DNA from: Tubulanus polymorphus | Lineage: Eukaryota; Animalia; Nemertea | Assembly: GCF_964204645.1 (NCBI RefSeq) | Contig: NC_134029.1 | Location: forward strand, 15,928,950-15,992,949 | Direction of reading: 5' to 3' | Length of the DNA: 64,000 nt | Shown: positions 26,309 through 38,430 of the stretch, piece after piece | Position numbering within the stretch: the first letter of the stretch is position 1 | How the letters are laid out: every line of letters starts with the position of its first letter | The notes under the pieces: generated by a model | Seen by the model: the letters and a program-made list of their open reading frames with translations, nothing else | Told to the model about the DNA's origin: nothing | The model's database searches: none | Position numbers and translations under genes: made by a program

Positions 26309-27093
26309 TACTTAGGTAAGGAGCGAAATAATATATAGATATCTTAGGAGACCATTTGAAATCATGAGTTTGTTGTGAAAATCTATTACTACAGTCTCGT
26401 AGAGCATAGACACCAAGCCACGTGGCATTGGTATTTTAAGGGCTATTCAGTTTACTCCAAAACAAGTCAATGATTAACATTAAAAAAGCTTCATATCAAG
26501 GGTATGTTGCAGGACTCGTGACGCCCATGAATTATCATCCCATAATTACAATGAATCCAATTCTGCATATACGTTAGCACGACTGATTACTAATCCAAAT
26601 ATTGCATTACAAAAAAACAATTACGCAAAACGTCAAGTACTTACAGCATCTGAGACAGTTGCGCTTAAGTTAGCCTGTTAAGTTACGTGTTTGGCTGTCA
26701 ATGTTGAAAAAGCCTAATTTTAAACATACATTTGCGCACTGTGGTTTAATATTCCTGCAAGAATCCGCAAAGGAATTGAAGATCGTAGTGCCCAGTTCAT
26801 TCCACGAATAATAGCTGGAAAGAAAGTAATCAAAATAAATTGTCATGCACATTCAGTGTAAACCAGGCCATAACTAGCTGCTATTAAGGCATTCCACTGA
26901 CTGGCTCTACCCATTATATTTAGGGCCTAAATCTATTCTAGTCGCATACCCCAAAAAAGCTAGGCATTAAGTAAGTCGCCAACAATGATCATTGCTTCAC
27001 CGAGTAGGCCTACTCATTTGCCACCATACTCATATTATTAAAGAAATCATTTAATACATTCCCTGGTTAACGGATTCTCACCTTAAAATACAT

Positions 27094-27130
27094 CATAGAA
27101 CTATAACGGAATATCCGTTATAGTTCTATG
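27094..27130. mobile_element. 37-bp palindrome resembling a P-superfamily excision footprint
   Basis: catagaactataacgga-ata-tccgttatagttctatg (17-bp arms, CAT..ATG ends) flanked by the 7-bp duplication aatacat. Confidence 0.7.
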
Positions 27131-27454
27131 AATACATAAACTCCGCTGTCGTTGTCATCGATACGAGTCGTCAACTGAACGCGGAAGTAAAATTCCGTGT
27201 GGAAATTCCTACAATTTCTGTCCATATCACGTTGATTTGACCCCGAAATCTTCAGGAAATGTAGCCAACGTAAATTGATTTACGAATAGAATTAATCAAT
27301 TGACTCATTTTAGAAATCATGGTTTCGTGAAATTCATTAAAGTCCTAAAACTCGCGATAAATTTAAGCCGAAAATGATTTCAACCATCCACCATGTTGTT
27401 TCATTAATAAAACAATTGTTGCGCCGGCGCTGTACTGTGATTACGCATGGTTTC

Positions 27455-27515
27455 ACTAGGATTCGAACCCTCGACCTCTCAGTTGGGAGTCAAACACCTT
27501 ATCCACCATGCCACA
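27455..27515 (-). repeat. tRNA-derived fragment inside the HINE
   Basis: Minus strand GTGGCATGGTGG...GGTTCGAATCC A and B boxes; acceptor stem not formed. Confidence 0.5.
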
Positions 27516-27827
27516 GGACAGGATGCTGTTTTTATCGTTAGTGGGAGTACCCCACAGGGCGAGTCGCGATTGCTACTCTCATCCGGTGTTATCTTTCAGT
27601 AAGTAATTTTAAGTTTAAAATAGGACGGAGAGTGCATAGGTATAATCTACGCGGAGCGAATGCGTATTATATTACTATCAGAATTCTACATTTCAATTAG
27701 ACGCAGTTAGTTGTCGAATCTGATAGAAGATGAATTTTATGTGCGAAAAAAAGTGGAAAATATGTAAATAATAATAATAACAATCAACAGAATTACAAAA
27801 GGGTTTTCGACGAAAGTCAGAAACCCT

Positions 27828-30784
27828 AATAAATGTATTTGATTTAATCAAATTACCAAATACAAAAGGTAACAATATAAAACATTATACATTAGAACCT
27901 TTATATCTATCAAAAGATTATGATTAAAATGGTGTTATAGATATACTATATTATGAAAATCATTATATGTGGATTAAACAAATCGATTTATTTTTTAAAT
28001 CAGAAAATGATTTTGATAATAAAATATACCTATGTAGAAAATGTTTACATAAATTCAGAACTGAAAGTGCATTATTAAATCATAAACAATTATGTGAAAA
28101 TCATGATTATTGTAAATTAGTTTTACCAAATGAAAATGATAAAATATTAGAATTCAAAAATATGATTACAAAAATAATGTTCCATTTGTCATATATGGAG
28201 ATTTTAAATCATTAAATAAAGAACTAACCGATCAAGATAGAAAAGAAATATATCATAAAAGAAAGAAATTAAATTCTAATGAAAATGATTTTTCAGATGA
28301 ACCACCAATAACAAATACTATTAAAAAGATTCATCAATCAGCTGCTGCTTTCGGGTTATATATTAAATCTGATTATCCAGAACTAATCAAAAGTGAATAT
28401 TATCATTATAGAAATGAAAATGTTATTAATCATTTTTGTGACTTATTAATTGAATATGAAATAAAATTTAATGAAAAGTTAAATAAAAATATAGAAATTA
28501 TAATGACAGAAGAAGATAAAGAAGCATTTGCGTTTGCAGTTAAATGTTATTATTGTGAAAAGATATTTAATTATAAAGATAAAAAAGTAAGAGACCATGA
28601 TGATTTGAACGGAAAGTTTAGAGGCGCTGCGCATGAGAATTGTAACTTACAAGCTAAGAAAATTAACTTTGTACCAGTTATATTTCATAATCTATCAGGA
28701 TGCACATTTATCTATCAAACAGCTATGCCATAAAATAGAAGAAATCAATAATGAAATAGAAAGATTAAATTCAAATAGATCAAAAGATAAAATACCAACT
28801 TATAAATTTAAAATGTTAGCTAGAACATCTGAGAATTGTATATCATTCCAATTTGGGTGTTTAAGATTTATAGATTCATATAGATTTTTAAATAGTTCAT
28901 TAGATAACTTATCAAAATCATTAGTTGATGATGAATTAAAAATATTAAAACAACACTACCCAAATAATGATGATTTTCAATTAATGAGATATAAAGGCGC
29001 GATTCCATATTCATTTTATAAATCACATAATGATTTCAATATAACTGAATTATTAAAAGAACAATTCTATGATGAATTAAAAAATGAATATGTTAAAGAT
29101 GAAGTCTATAATAGAACATTGAATATTTGGAATCATTTTGGAATGAAAAATCATGGGCAATTAGTAGATTTATATTTAAAATCAGATGTATTATTATTAA
29201 CCGATATATTTGAAAGGTTTTAGAGATGTAAACCTAAAATATTTTAACATTGATCCTTGTCATTGTTATTCAAGTCCAGGATTAACATGGGATTGTGGAT
29301 TAAAATTTACAGATATAAAAATGGATTTGTTAACAAATATAGATCAATTATTATTATTTGAAAAATCTATAAGAGGATGAGTTTCAGGTGTATTAGGGGA
29401 TAGATATTTCAATGTAAATGATAACCCTGGATATAAGTTATTATATATAGATGCAAATAATTTGTATGGTTGGGCAATGATGGAACCACAACCTTATGGA
29501 GTATTTGAAATAAGTGAAGTTTCACAACATGAAAATAATGATAAATTTGATTGGAAGAAAAGAATCCTAGATATTGCAGATGATTCAGTTACTGGTTACT
29601 TCTTTATTGTAGATTTAGAATATCCTGAACATATTAAATTTAAACTTAGAAATCTAGCATACTGTCCAGAACATAAAACTGTAACTCATGAAGAATTATC
29701 AAGTTATCAAAAAAGAATTAAACCCGAAAATCATATTCATACAGAAAAGTTAATGGTAACTCAAGAAGATAAATATAATTATGTAGTACATTATAGAATG
29801 TTAAAGTTTTATCTAAAACAAGGAATGATCCTAAAAAAAGTACATAGTTATATTTCATTTAGTCAATCTAAGTGGTTAGAAAAATATATATATTTTAACA
29901 CCAAACAGAGAACTGAAGCTAAAACTGATTTCGAGAAAGATTTCTTCAAGTTAATGAATAATGCATTCTATGGTAAGACTTGTGAAAATATTAGAAATAG
30001 AAATGATATTGAGTTAGTAAGTAATGGCAAAAGGATAAGGCATTTACAATCATATCCTAAGTTTTTAGGTAACAGAATATTTGATGAAAATTTAGCCGCA
30101 GTTAAAATGAGAAGAACATCAATGAAATTTAATAAACCAATCTATGTTGGAGCATCAGTTTTAGAATTATCAAAATTACTAATGTATGAATTCTATTATA
30201 ATGGTTTACAACCACATTTTGGAGAAAAACATATAGAAATCTTATATTTTGATACTGACAGTTACATATTAAAGATAAAAACTAATAACATAACAGATGA
30301 TTTAAAAACATTAAAACATCATTTTGATTTCAGTAATTATCCTAAAAATCATGAATTGTTTAGCAATGATAATAAAAAAGTTCCTGGTAAATTAAAAGAT
30401 GAATTAGGTGGTGAAGAAATGATTGAATTCATCGGTATTAGATCTAAAATGTATTCATATAAAACTAAAGAACATGAAGCTAAAAAGTTAAAAGGAATAA
30501 CCAAAAGTGTAGTAGAAAAGAATATTCATTTCAAAGATTACATCAATTGTATTTTCAATGAAGAAGTTAGAAAACATAAAATGAGATGTTTAAGATCTGA
30601 AGATCATGAAATGTTTATTGAAGAAATTGAAAAGATAAGTCTAAACCCATTTGATGAAAAAAGATATATTTTAGATGATGGAATTCATACAGTTGCTTAT
30701 GGTTGCAATTTTGATGAATACTTAAAATTTAAAAGAGAAGAAACAAAAGAGAACGAGATAATGAAAAGAAGTCTAACGTGTTAA
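27828..30784 (+). pseudogene. pPolB element 1, exonuclease and polymerase part (endonuclease-VII-like insert; intein-free)
   Basis: YGDF (ExoI), CYYC..RDHDDLNGKFRGAAHENCNL, FHNLSG, YLKSDV, YIDANNLYGWAM (A), KLMNNAFYGKT (B), YFDTDS (C); several frameshifts and stops. Confidence 0.96.
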
Positions 30785-30789
30785 TCAAA

Positions 30790-30816
30790 TTTTAATAAAA
30801 ATATGTATTATAAATG
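30790..30816 (+). promoter_or_regulatory. TTTARTAAAA + spacer + TAAATG motif (poxvirus intermediate-promoter-like); example
   Basis: ttttaataaaaatatgtattataaATG; similar before 19439 (TAAAATG), 37088, 42014(-), 52887(-) and 59753(-). Confidence 0.6.
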
Positions 30817-31167
30817 GAGAGTAAACAAGCAAACAGTGAGAACAACAAATTATTTTAGATAGAATAAAAGATACTTCAAAACGTCAAATCAGTAGATTAT
30901 AAATTTAAGAAGTTAAAAGAATTAATAATCCATAAGAAATATCTAATTACAAATATTGATACAGTTACTAACAAATATGGAGATAAATTAGTTATACACT
31001 TAGAATATGAAGGATTAAAAGGAAATAAATATAAATTCACAACATATTTACCCGATAGATTTCATAGATTATCAAGTGAAGACCTAGAAGAATTATGTTC
31101 TGGAGATTTCTATTTCGTATACAAAGGTAAGAATGAAAACGGACACCATGAAATAGATTTCGAATAA
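30814..31167 (+). pseudogene. Small disrupted Polinton protein (possible OB-fold/SSB-like; inference)
   Basis: TAAATG start, frameshifted 5' end, then YKFKKLKEL..TNKYGDKLVIHLE..YLPDRF..FYFVYKGK. Confidence 0.5.
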
Positions 31168-31184
31168 GAAAATATGTAAAATAA

Positions 31185-31940
31185 ATGGTAGAATTAAAAG
31201 AATACAGAATATTTGTTGATTCTAGAAGACTTACAAATTATAAATCACATAGTTTACTAGTACAATTAGATAGAGAATTCAAGAATTGTGTTGATTTAAA
31301 ATTAGTTAATATAAGTTTATGTAATTCTTTTTATAATATATCGGATACAACTTTTGAACATAGAGGGTTTATGATTTATATGAGAAATAAAGATAAATGG
31401 TTTCATATATTTTTAAAACCAGGATTATATAATTTAGAATCATTAGCGCAGGAAATTAATAGAAGAGCTCGGTTGAAAATCGGGGGCACTTCTGTATTTG
31501 AAATTAAATTTAATAAAATTGATAGTACTAATAAAATTAGAATAAAGATATCTAATGAACAACATAAATTTATGGTAAACAAACCACTGGCTAAAATGTT
31601 AGGAATTAAACCGCTTACAGTTACTGGAAACGCAGAAGGCAGCTCAAATATAATACCTTTTACACACTTTTATATTTATTGCAATTTAATCGAGCCTACA
31701 AAAACTTTCGAAGCAACTAAAGAAACAATTTGTAGTTCTAGTATACTAAATATTTTACCATTAAAAAATGTCAAACAATTTGGAACTCAAATAAATCATA
31801 ATTTAACAGAATGTGATTTCAAACCATGCATTCCACATTTTAATAATTTTAGATTAGAAATTAGAAATCATAATGGATACTTAATTGATTTGAATAACTT
31901 TCCTGTAATTTATGAATTAGTTATAAGATGTAGAGAGTAA
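31185..31940 (+). CDS. Minor capsid protein (penton, single jelly-roll)
   Basis: YRIFVDSR..LVNISLCNSFYNI..GLYN..FYIYCNLI..LEIRNHNGYLIDLNNFPVIYELVI, the typical Polinton mCP pattern; intact 251 aa. Confidence 0.85.
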   Translation: MVELKEYRIFVDSRRLTNYKSHSLLVQLDREFKNCVDLKLVNISLCNSFYNISDTTFEHRGFMIYMRNKDKWFHIFLKPGLYNLESLAQEINRRARLKIGGTSVFEIKFNKIDSTNKIRIKISNEQHKFMVNKPLAKMLGIKPLTVTGNAEGSSNIIPFTHFYIYCNLIEPTKTFEATKETICSSSILNILPLKNVKQFGTQINHNLTECDFKPCIPHFNNFRLEIRNHNGYLIDLNNFPVIYELVIRCRE

Positions 31941-31956
31941 TTTTTTCACTATATAA

Positions 31957-32313
31957 ATGAATATAACTGTTGGGCCGAGCATATGTTTTGGATTTGATTT
32001 TAAATGTGAGAAAGAAATGAAATTTAACATTACTGATGTAATTATACATATTAAAAATACTGCATTTTCTAATGAAACAAAATTTGAGTATGAAACAACA
32101 ATAGATAAAGAAACTTTAAATGTAGAAAAGATTACTAATTTAATTAGAGAATCTTTAAGATTTTATGAATTAGATGAAGATTTTATCATCGATGATATTA
32201 AAAAAATAATAATTGAAATATATACAAATGAAACTAGTAATGAAATAAATATTGAATTAATCATAAATAAGTTAACTAAATATTTTGATGATAGTAATTT
32301 TTTTGATAAATAA
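31957..32313 (+). CDS. Hypothetical Polinton protein, 118 aa
   Basis: TAAATG start; frameshifted homologue at ~53729-54089. Confidence 0.75.
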   Translation: MNITVGPSICFGFDFKCEKEMKFNITDVIIHIKNTAFSNETKFEYETTIDKETLNVEKITNLIRESLRFYELDEDFIIDDIKKIIIEIYTNETSNEINIELIINKLTKYFDDSNFFDK

Positions 32314-32535
32314 ATGTGTGATAATAAGTGGATAATAACTGGATTATATGATGGATCATTACTATCAGTTGGAACTGTTGGTTATTCAATGGTATTAAAA
32401 AAAGTATTCAAAATGGGAAGTGTTAATGTTGATAGATTTGATATAAATGATATTCTAAAATTAACATTAGCAGTTACTTTATCTAATTTAACTATTGATT
32501 ATTTGGAAAAACAAAAATATATTCCTCCCATATAA
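32314..32535 (+). CDS. Small hydrophobic Polinton protein, 73 aa
   Basis: TAAATG start; homologue at ~54090-54310; C-terminal YLEKQKYIPP. Confidence 0.75.
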   Translation: MCDNKWIITGLYDGSLLSVGTVGYSMVLKKVFKMGSVNVDRFDINDILKLTLAVTLSNLTIDYLEKQKYIPPI

Positions 32536-32559
32536 ATACATAATTATTTTACTAAATAA

Positions 32560-32976
32560 ATGGCGTCTGCAGTTATAACTATTATAGGATCGGCAATTGT
32601 TAACGCTTTAGCATTTACTGGTGGCGGTTATTTATTTAAACATATTGATAAAAATGGATCATTAACAGAACAAAAAAGACATAACTTAGCATTAGAGAAA
32701 TATAATAAAGCAGCAGAAGAATATAGAGAAAAAAGACAAAACTATATGGATTACATCAATAAAGAATTATATGATGAGAAGATTTCACATTTTCAATCAG
32801 TTGATGATGCAATGAGTTTATATAACGCAGTAACCAATAAAGAAAAATTACATCTACATAAACCTACAATATCAGATTATTATACCCCAAGTAAAGAACA
32901 ACAGAAATATGAAATAATATGGATTTTAGGCGGAACAGTTAATGTTATATTTGTTGCTTATAAGTTTACTAATTAG
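32560..32976 (+). CDS. Putative membrane/virion protein, 138 aa
   Basis: Hydrophobic N-terminus (SAIVNALAFTGGGYLF), EQKRHNLALEK coiled segment, hydrophobic C-terminus; homologue at 54335. Confidence 0.8.
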   Translation: MASAVITIIGSAIVNALAFTGGGYLFKHIDKNGSLTEQKRHNLALEKYNKAAEEYREKRQNYMDYINKELYDEKISHFQSVDDAMSLYNAVTNKEKLHLHKPTISDYYTPSKEQQKYEIIWILGGTVNVIFVAYKFTN

Positions 32977-32995
32977 TAATTTTTTTGCTAAATAA

Positions 32996-33421
32996 ATGGA
33001 TGATAATATTGATATTATTCCTCATGATATAAATAAAACTAAATTAAAAATATATTTAGAAAAACAAATATTAGAATTTGAAAGTGATTTAAAAGTTAAA
33101 AAGAAAAAATATTTAAAAAGTAAAATTATATATTATTTGATTATAAGTGTATCGGTTACAATTAGTTCTGTAATAACATTTCTAGCAATATTCAGCCCAT
33201 TAACACCTTTAGCTATATCAATTGGCGTATTAGGATTAAGTTCAAGTGTTTTAACTGGTATAAGTTCAAAATTAAATATAAAAAGTAATAAAGAAAGAAT
33301 TAAAACTAATATAAAAGAAATTAATAAATTAAAGAATACACTAGATTATATAATAAGTTTAAATGGTCATATAACAGTTGAAGAACAAGATAAATTATTA
33401 AAAGAATTAGTTTATTATTAA
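32996..33421 (+). CDS. Two-transmembrane-helix protein, 141 aa
   Basis: Hydrophobic hairpin IIYYLIISVSV..LAISIGVLGLSSSVL; homologue at 54780. Confidence 0.8.
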   Translation: MDDNIDIIPHDINKTKLKIYLEKQILEFESDLKVKKKKYLKSKIIYYLIISVSVTISSVITFLAIFSPLTPLAISIGVLGLSSSVLTGISSKLNIKSNKERIKTNIKEINKLKNTLDYIISLNGHITVEEQDKLLKELVYY

Positions 33422-33437
33422 TTTTTTAATTATATAA

Positions 33438-34254
33438 ATGGGGTTTCCAAAAGCTTTCCAATATAATAAATAAATTAAATATAATATTCCTGCAATAGAT
33501 TTTAAAAAAAATATTACATATAAAAATGTAGTTTTAAAATGGAAAATATATTTAATACATATGAAGTTACTTTTACTCGATATGAATATCATATATATAA
33601 AGTAAAATCTAATATGAAATATTGGCAGAACCAATTAGATTTTGCTGTTTATTGTGCAACAACTGCGGAATAAGTTGGAAAGATCATTTAAATAACTTAG
33701 ATGAAAATTTGAAGTATTCTGATTTAAAATTAATTCACACAATATTTAGATTTCACACATATTTTCAAATCAGAATAATATTAAATGAATTTGAATGTCC
33801 TTTACCCGGGTCTAAATATTTTAAAGAATTGGACAATAATATTAATCTATCTAAGTTTTATACAATATGTAATGAATTTAATATAAACATTAATTCCGAT
33901 TTTAGAGCGCATGGTAAATTGCAAGGTGTTGGTGAAGAGTATGAAATAAAAAGAATTGATTATATGCATAGAATTGGAGCTTATCATAATTATAAAATTG
34001 ATAATAATAATGGTTGGGTTTATTTCATTTTAGAAAATAGTGAAGGTTTTACTAAAGCTGGAATACAAAGAATAAATCAATCTATTAGAACTTATTTGAT
34101 ATGTATTTTAGGTGCGCAAGTTGAAACAAGATCGCCAATAGTTGGAAATGATAACACTTCATTCGATGCGCAGAAACAATTCAAAGTATTATTTGAAGAT
34201 TCCAATTTGAAGAACTTGTATAGGAATTGTAATCGGAGGAATATTATATTTTAA
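33438..34254 (+). pseudogene. Conserved adintovirus-type protein of unknown function, frameshifted or deleted
   Basis: TAAATG at 33435; WQNQLDFAVYCATT, FHTYFQIRIIL and GFTKAGIQRINQSIRTYLICILGAQ motifs spread across frames. Confidence 0.7.
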
Positions 34255-34276
34255 ATTTTAATTTTTTATTATGTAA

Positions 34277-35757
34277 ATGGCAGAAGGTGGAGAAGATATT
34301 CCATTGGAAGGCATGGGGAATAATAATGAAGGATATATTGATGATGATTATAATGATGCAGGTGCTAATCTTAATGAAACTAATATTGATGATGATAATT
34401 CATCAGCGCGTAATTCTAATTTAGCAGATAGTGGTTCTAAAGCCCCATCAACAGATGAATATCTTAGAGGAGCTAAATCGAGAATATATACTGAAAATGA
34501 AAATCCAGGTTTATTAAAGAAAAATTTAGAATATCATGAATCTATGTTTAAATTCCAACCTGTATTTGAAATATCCGGATATAATATAAATGATAAAGAT
34601 GCTGGCCGTTTAGTAGAAAATTTAAAACTTTTAGATGGTGAATATTATTATAAATTGAAAGATGATTATTATATTAATATCTCTTATAGAAATCAAGACA
34701 AAATATTAGCGGAAAAAACTTTGGGAAAATTAGAACCAGATAGAATTAAAAGAATAAGTAATAGTAATGTAATAACTGATGTTACAAAACAAGAATTAAC
34801 TGATAAAAATAGAAGAGTATTTAAACAAAGAATTAATGAATTATTTGAAATAATCAAAAAGAAATCAGAAACAGAAACAACTGAACTGAACAGAATATAA
34901 CTTCCAAAACTAGTAAACCTAATTCAAGAGGAGTTCAAACTGAAAAACTTTTACCGAATGGATTAATTGATGCAACAGATCAAGAATTAGAAGATTTAAA
35001 TAATATATTTTCTGTTGAAGCAATTAGAGAAATTAAAAGTATAAGACTTGCATCTGATAAAATTGCGAATGATAAAAGTATAAGAGATTTTAAAATTAGA
35101 ACTTTAGAAAAAGATAGAACTGATAAAATTAAAGAAATAGAACAATTAAAATTAGATAGAGATAATAAAGTTATTGAAGAAATTGAATTTAAAAAAAGAA
35201 ATGCATATTTAGAAAAAGAAAAAGATGATTTAGAATATAACATAGAATTACAGAAAGAAGAAATTAAATTATTATTAAAATCATATGATTATAATATTAA
35301 AAGATTAAAAGTTATTTTTAAAGATTTGTTGATAAAACCAGATTCTAAAATATCATTGAAAGATAGAATAAGATTATTATTTAAGTTAGAAGAAATAACA
35401 ATTCTTTCAATTCTAACAGCTGTAACTATGGTATTCACAACAATTGGTTTAGTTATATCAAATTCATTGAAATATACTCCTACTCCCAATAAACCGGATA
35501 AACCCCCGAATGATAATAATTCTATACAAGATAAAGTTAAAGATGGTTTAAAGAAATTAGCAAAATATTTATGGGAACTATCTAAAAAATCTGCTGCAGC
35601 ATTGCCAGGAGTTATTGCATCAATTGTTGGTTTTATATTGAAATCTGCAGGAAACATTATTAACTTTGCTGCTGAACATATTATTTTATTTTTAATTACA
35701 GTTGTAAGTGCAATTATTTTTGGGTTAGTGAATATGATATCAAAAAATATCAAGTAA
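34277..35757 (+). pseudogene. Large coiled-coil protein with C-terminal membrane helices, frameshifted
   Basis: MAEGGEDIP start; break near 34900; C-terminus SLKDRIRLLFK..AALPGVIASIVGFILK..AEHIILFL; homologue at 55400-56470. Confidence 0.75.
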
Positions 35758-35775
35758 ACATGATAAAAAATAAAT

Positions 35776-35800
35776 AATTAATTTTTTTGTTAAATAAATG
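35776..35800 (+). promoter_or_regulatory. T-run + TAAATG motif (poxvirus late-promoter-like); MCP example
   Basis: taatttttttgttaaataaATG; same pattern before 31957, 32314, 32560, 32996, 33438, 34277, 53729, 54090, 54335, 54780 and 56494. Confidence 0.7.
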
Positions 35801-37055
35801 AGTGGGAGTTATATCAATCCTTCTAAGAATCATAGAATATCAAATGCTATTAAAGCAGAAAGATCACATCATATAATTACTCATAACCCTTCTAATATTA
35901 ATCCCGATGAAACTTTTTATTTTAGAATCCCTCGATTAACACAAAATACTTTTTATGTTCCAAATAGTATTTATTTATCAGCCGATATAAAAGTAACCGG
36001 TAATAATAATAATTATGTTGTCGATAATGTTGGAAAATATTTGATTAAAAAATTAACAATAAAGATCGGTCCAGAAACAGTTTTCTCATTAGATGATTAT
36101 AATTTATTTATGCATTATAAAGATTTATGGTTAACTAAAGAAAATAGAAATAATAGGATATTTCAAGGAATCCAATCAGAAAACCAAAATAAATTAAGAT
36201 CAGAAGCGCATAATGCAATATTAACTAATGCTATAGATAAATTGATAAAAAGTATATATGGAAGCAAATATAAAATTCCATTAGACTTTGAATTGATAAA
36301 TAATAATGCGCCTTTATATAAATACGCAATTCAAGAAGACGTTATATTCGAAATAACATTTGCTCCTGTTAATGAAATTGTAATATCTAGCGTTAATAAA
36401 GATATGGGTTATAAATTATCGAATATATGTTTAGAATATGATACAGTAACTGATGAAAATATTTCAAGTATAATTCAAACTAAAAACAATCAAGGATTTT
36501 CATTATTATATGATTATATTGATAAATTTAAAACTGTAACTATTAATGCAAATGATGAAATTATTAATGAGAATATTAACTTCCCAAGAAGATCTATTAA
36601 AGGTATATTATATTTTATTAATATTTTTTACCATTGCAACATATACTAATGGCGCAATAAATGTTGATAATTATTATAATCCTGAAATAACAAAAGTAGA
36701 AATAACTATCGAAGGAATAGCAAATAAAATATTTTGTCAAGGTATGAGAATGATAGATCAATGGCCAGAAATTAGAAAACATTTTATGAATTAAAAAGTA
36801 AAATCATCTGAAAATTGTAATATTAATCAAATTGATTATTATACCGGTAATAAATATGCATTATGGTTAGATTTTAGAACAACAGAGGATAATTCATTAC
36901 ATGGTTCTGGAAAAGAATTACAGAACACTAAAGATGGAATACAATTATTCATGAAAAAGAAAAGAGGAGACAAAAATTTTAAAATGCACATTTATATTAT
37001 ATCTGACGCGCAATTAAATATTGTAAATTCTCAATTAAATAGTGTTATGTATTAA
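35798..37055 (+). pseudogene. Major capsid protein (double jelly-roll), with a frameshift and an internal stop
   Basis: HNPSNINPDE.., VDNVG..IKKLTIKIG, LSNICLEYDTV, YNPEITKVEITIEG, YALWLDFRT, HIYIISDAQLNI; ~415 codons; homologue at 56494. Confidence 0.85.
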
Positions 37056-37087
37056 AATTTTAACTTTAATAAAAATTTATATAATAA

Positions 37088-37998
37088 ATGGAAGGAGGTA
37101 AAGTATATAAACATATTCCATACATCGATTCACATGAAAATAATGATGGTTTATATTATGTAATACCTTGTAATATAGCTTTGATATTTGATCCTATTTT
37201 CAAAATTTATAAAACTAAACTAACAGAAATCGATAATAATAAAAGTGGTGTTGTTGATAATTGAAGTAATGTAATTGATAATAATGTAATACCTTCTACA
37301 TCTAATAATGTATACCTTCTACATATAATAATGCAATACCTTCTACATCTAATAATGCAATACCTTCTACATCTAATAATGCAATACCTTCTACATCTAA
37401 TAATGCAATACCTTCTACATCTAATAATGAAATAATATTAAATATTAGTGAAAATAGAAATTATTGTGATTATTGTAAAGGTGAATTTTCAAACGCTCCA
37501 TCAAATTGGAATAAACATATGAATACAAAGACACATATCACTAATGTAATAGAACGTGTTGGTTTAAGAGAATTTATAGAACACCCATTTTAATATGTTA
37601 CAAAATTTGTTTCAAATAAAAAAGTAAATGGTAAAGAATTATATGAAGATTTATTATTAGCAACACCTAATAAAGATGAATTAGATTTAACTGATGCTAA
37701 TAAAATATTAGGATCAAACATTGTAAATGAAATATTAGGAGCAAAAACTAATTAAGATAATAATGAAAATATAGTTACAGATATTGATAATAAAGATTCT
37801 ATGAAACATAAAGTAGAAAATAATGATAAATTTGATTGGATGAATAAGCATAACAATGAAACAACTATTGATGATGCGGTAAAAAGAGTGAAGAATAAGT
37901 ATGAAAATAAAACAACTATTCATGTAGATTCGGTAGAGCATTTGAATAAATTGTTAGGGCCTGATAGTGAATTGGAGAGTGATGATGAAAGTGATTAA
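37088..37998 (+). pseudogene. Disrupted zinc-finger/low-complexity protein
   Basis: TAAATG start; YCDYCK..NKHMNTKTH; AIPSTSNN repeats; internal stops. Confidence 0.6.
37285..37430 (+). repeat. 24-bp coding tandem repeat (~6 copies)
   Basis: gcaataccttctacatctaataat repeated. Confidence 0.9.
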
Positions 37999-38077
37999 GA
38001 TATTAATTATACTTAACTCAAATGATAATATTAGTTGAAAATTGTATAAAATAATAGTAAATAAAAAAGGGGGTTTT

Positions 38078-38422
38078 AAGTATTTAAGGTATTTAAGGTA
38101 TCTAATACATATCTAATACATATTATTTGAAAATACCTTAAATTATATTTCTTTTTTAAATTTATATTGAAACCTCAGTAATAATAAATAACCTTTATTA
38201 TTTTCAAACTTATTCATATATTAGTTGAAAAAATAAAAATAAATTGGTTGAAAATTGTATAGATAATATTTATTTAAAAAAAAGGGGGTTTTAAGTATTT
38301 AAGGTATCTAATAGGGTATCAGGTATTAGGGTATCTTATAGGGTATCAGGTATTAGGGTATCTAATAGGGTATCAGGTATTAGGTATTAGGGTATCTAAT
38401 AGGGTATCTAATACATAGGTAT
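38078..38422. repeat. Short tandem repeats (gggtatctaata / ggtatcaggtatta) between convergent gene blocks
   Basis: Seen directly at 38078-38120 and 38293-38422. Confidence 0.8.
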
Positions 38423-38430
38423 ACAAATAG

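Larger units (their letters stand above)
20518..27827 (-). mobile_element. ~7.3-kb Helentron-type (HINE) composite insertion interrupting pPolB
   Basis: Minus 5' TAGGGTTTCTGACTTTCGTCGAAAACCC hairpin plus (ATT)n; 3' TCAGAAAACCC plus GCTGCTTTGCAGC palindrome; inserted in an A-run without a TSD. Its removal restores ..DNNIK|INVF.. as in element 3. Confidence 0.8.

Noticed and set aside
34980-35753. Minus-strand ORFs here and at 55710-56580
   Set aside because: Antisense to the coiled-coil membrane protein gene.
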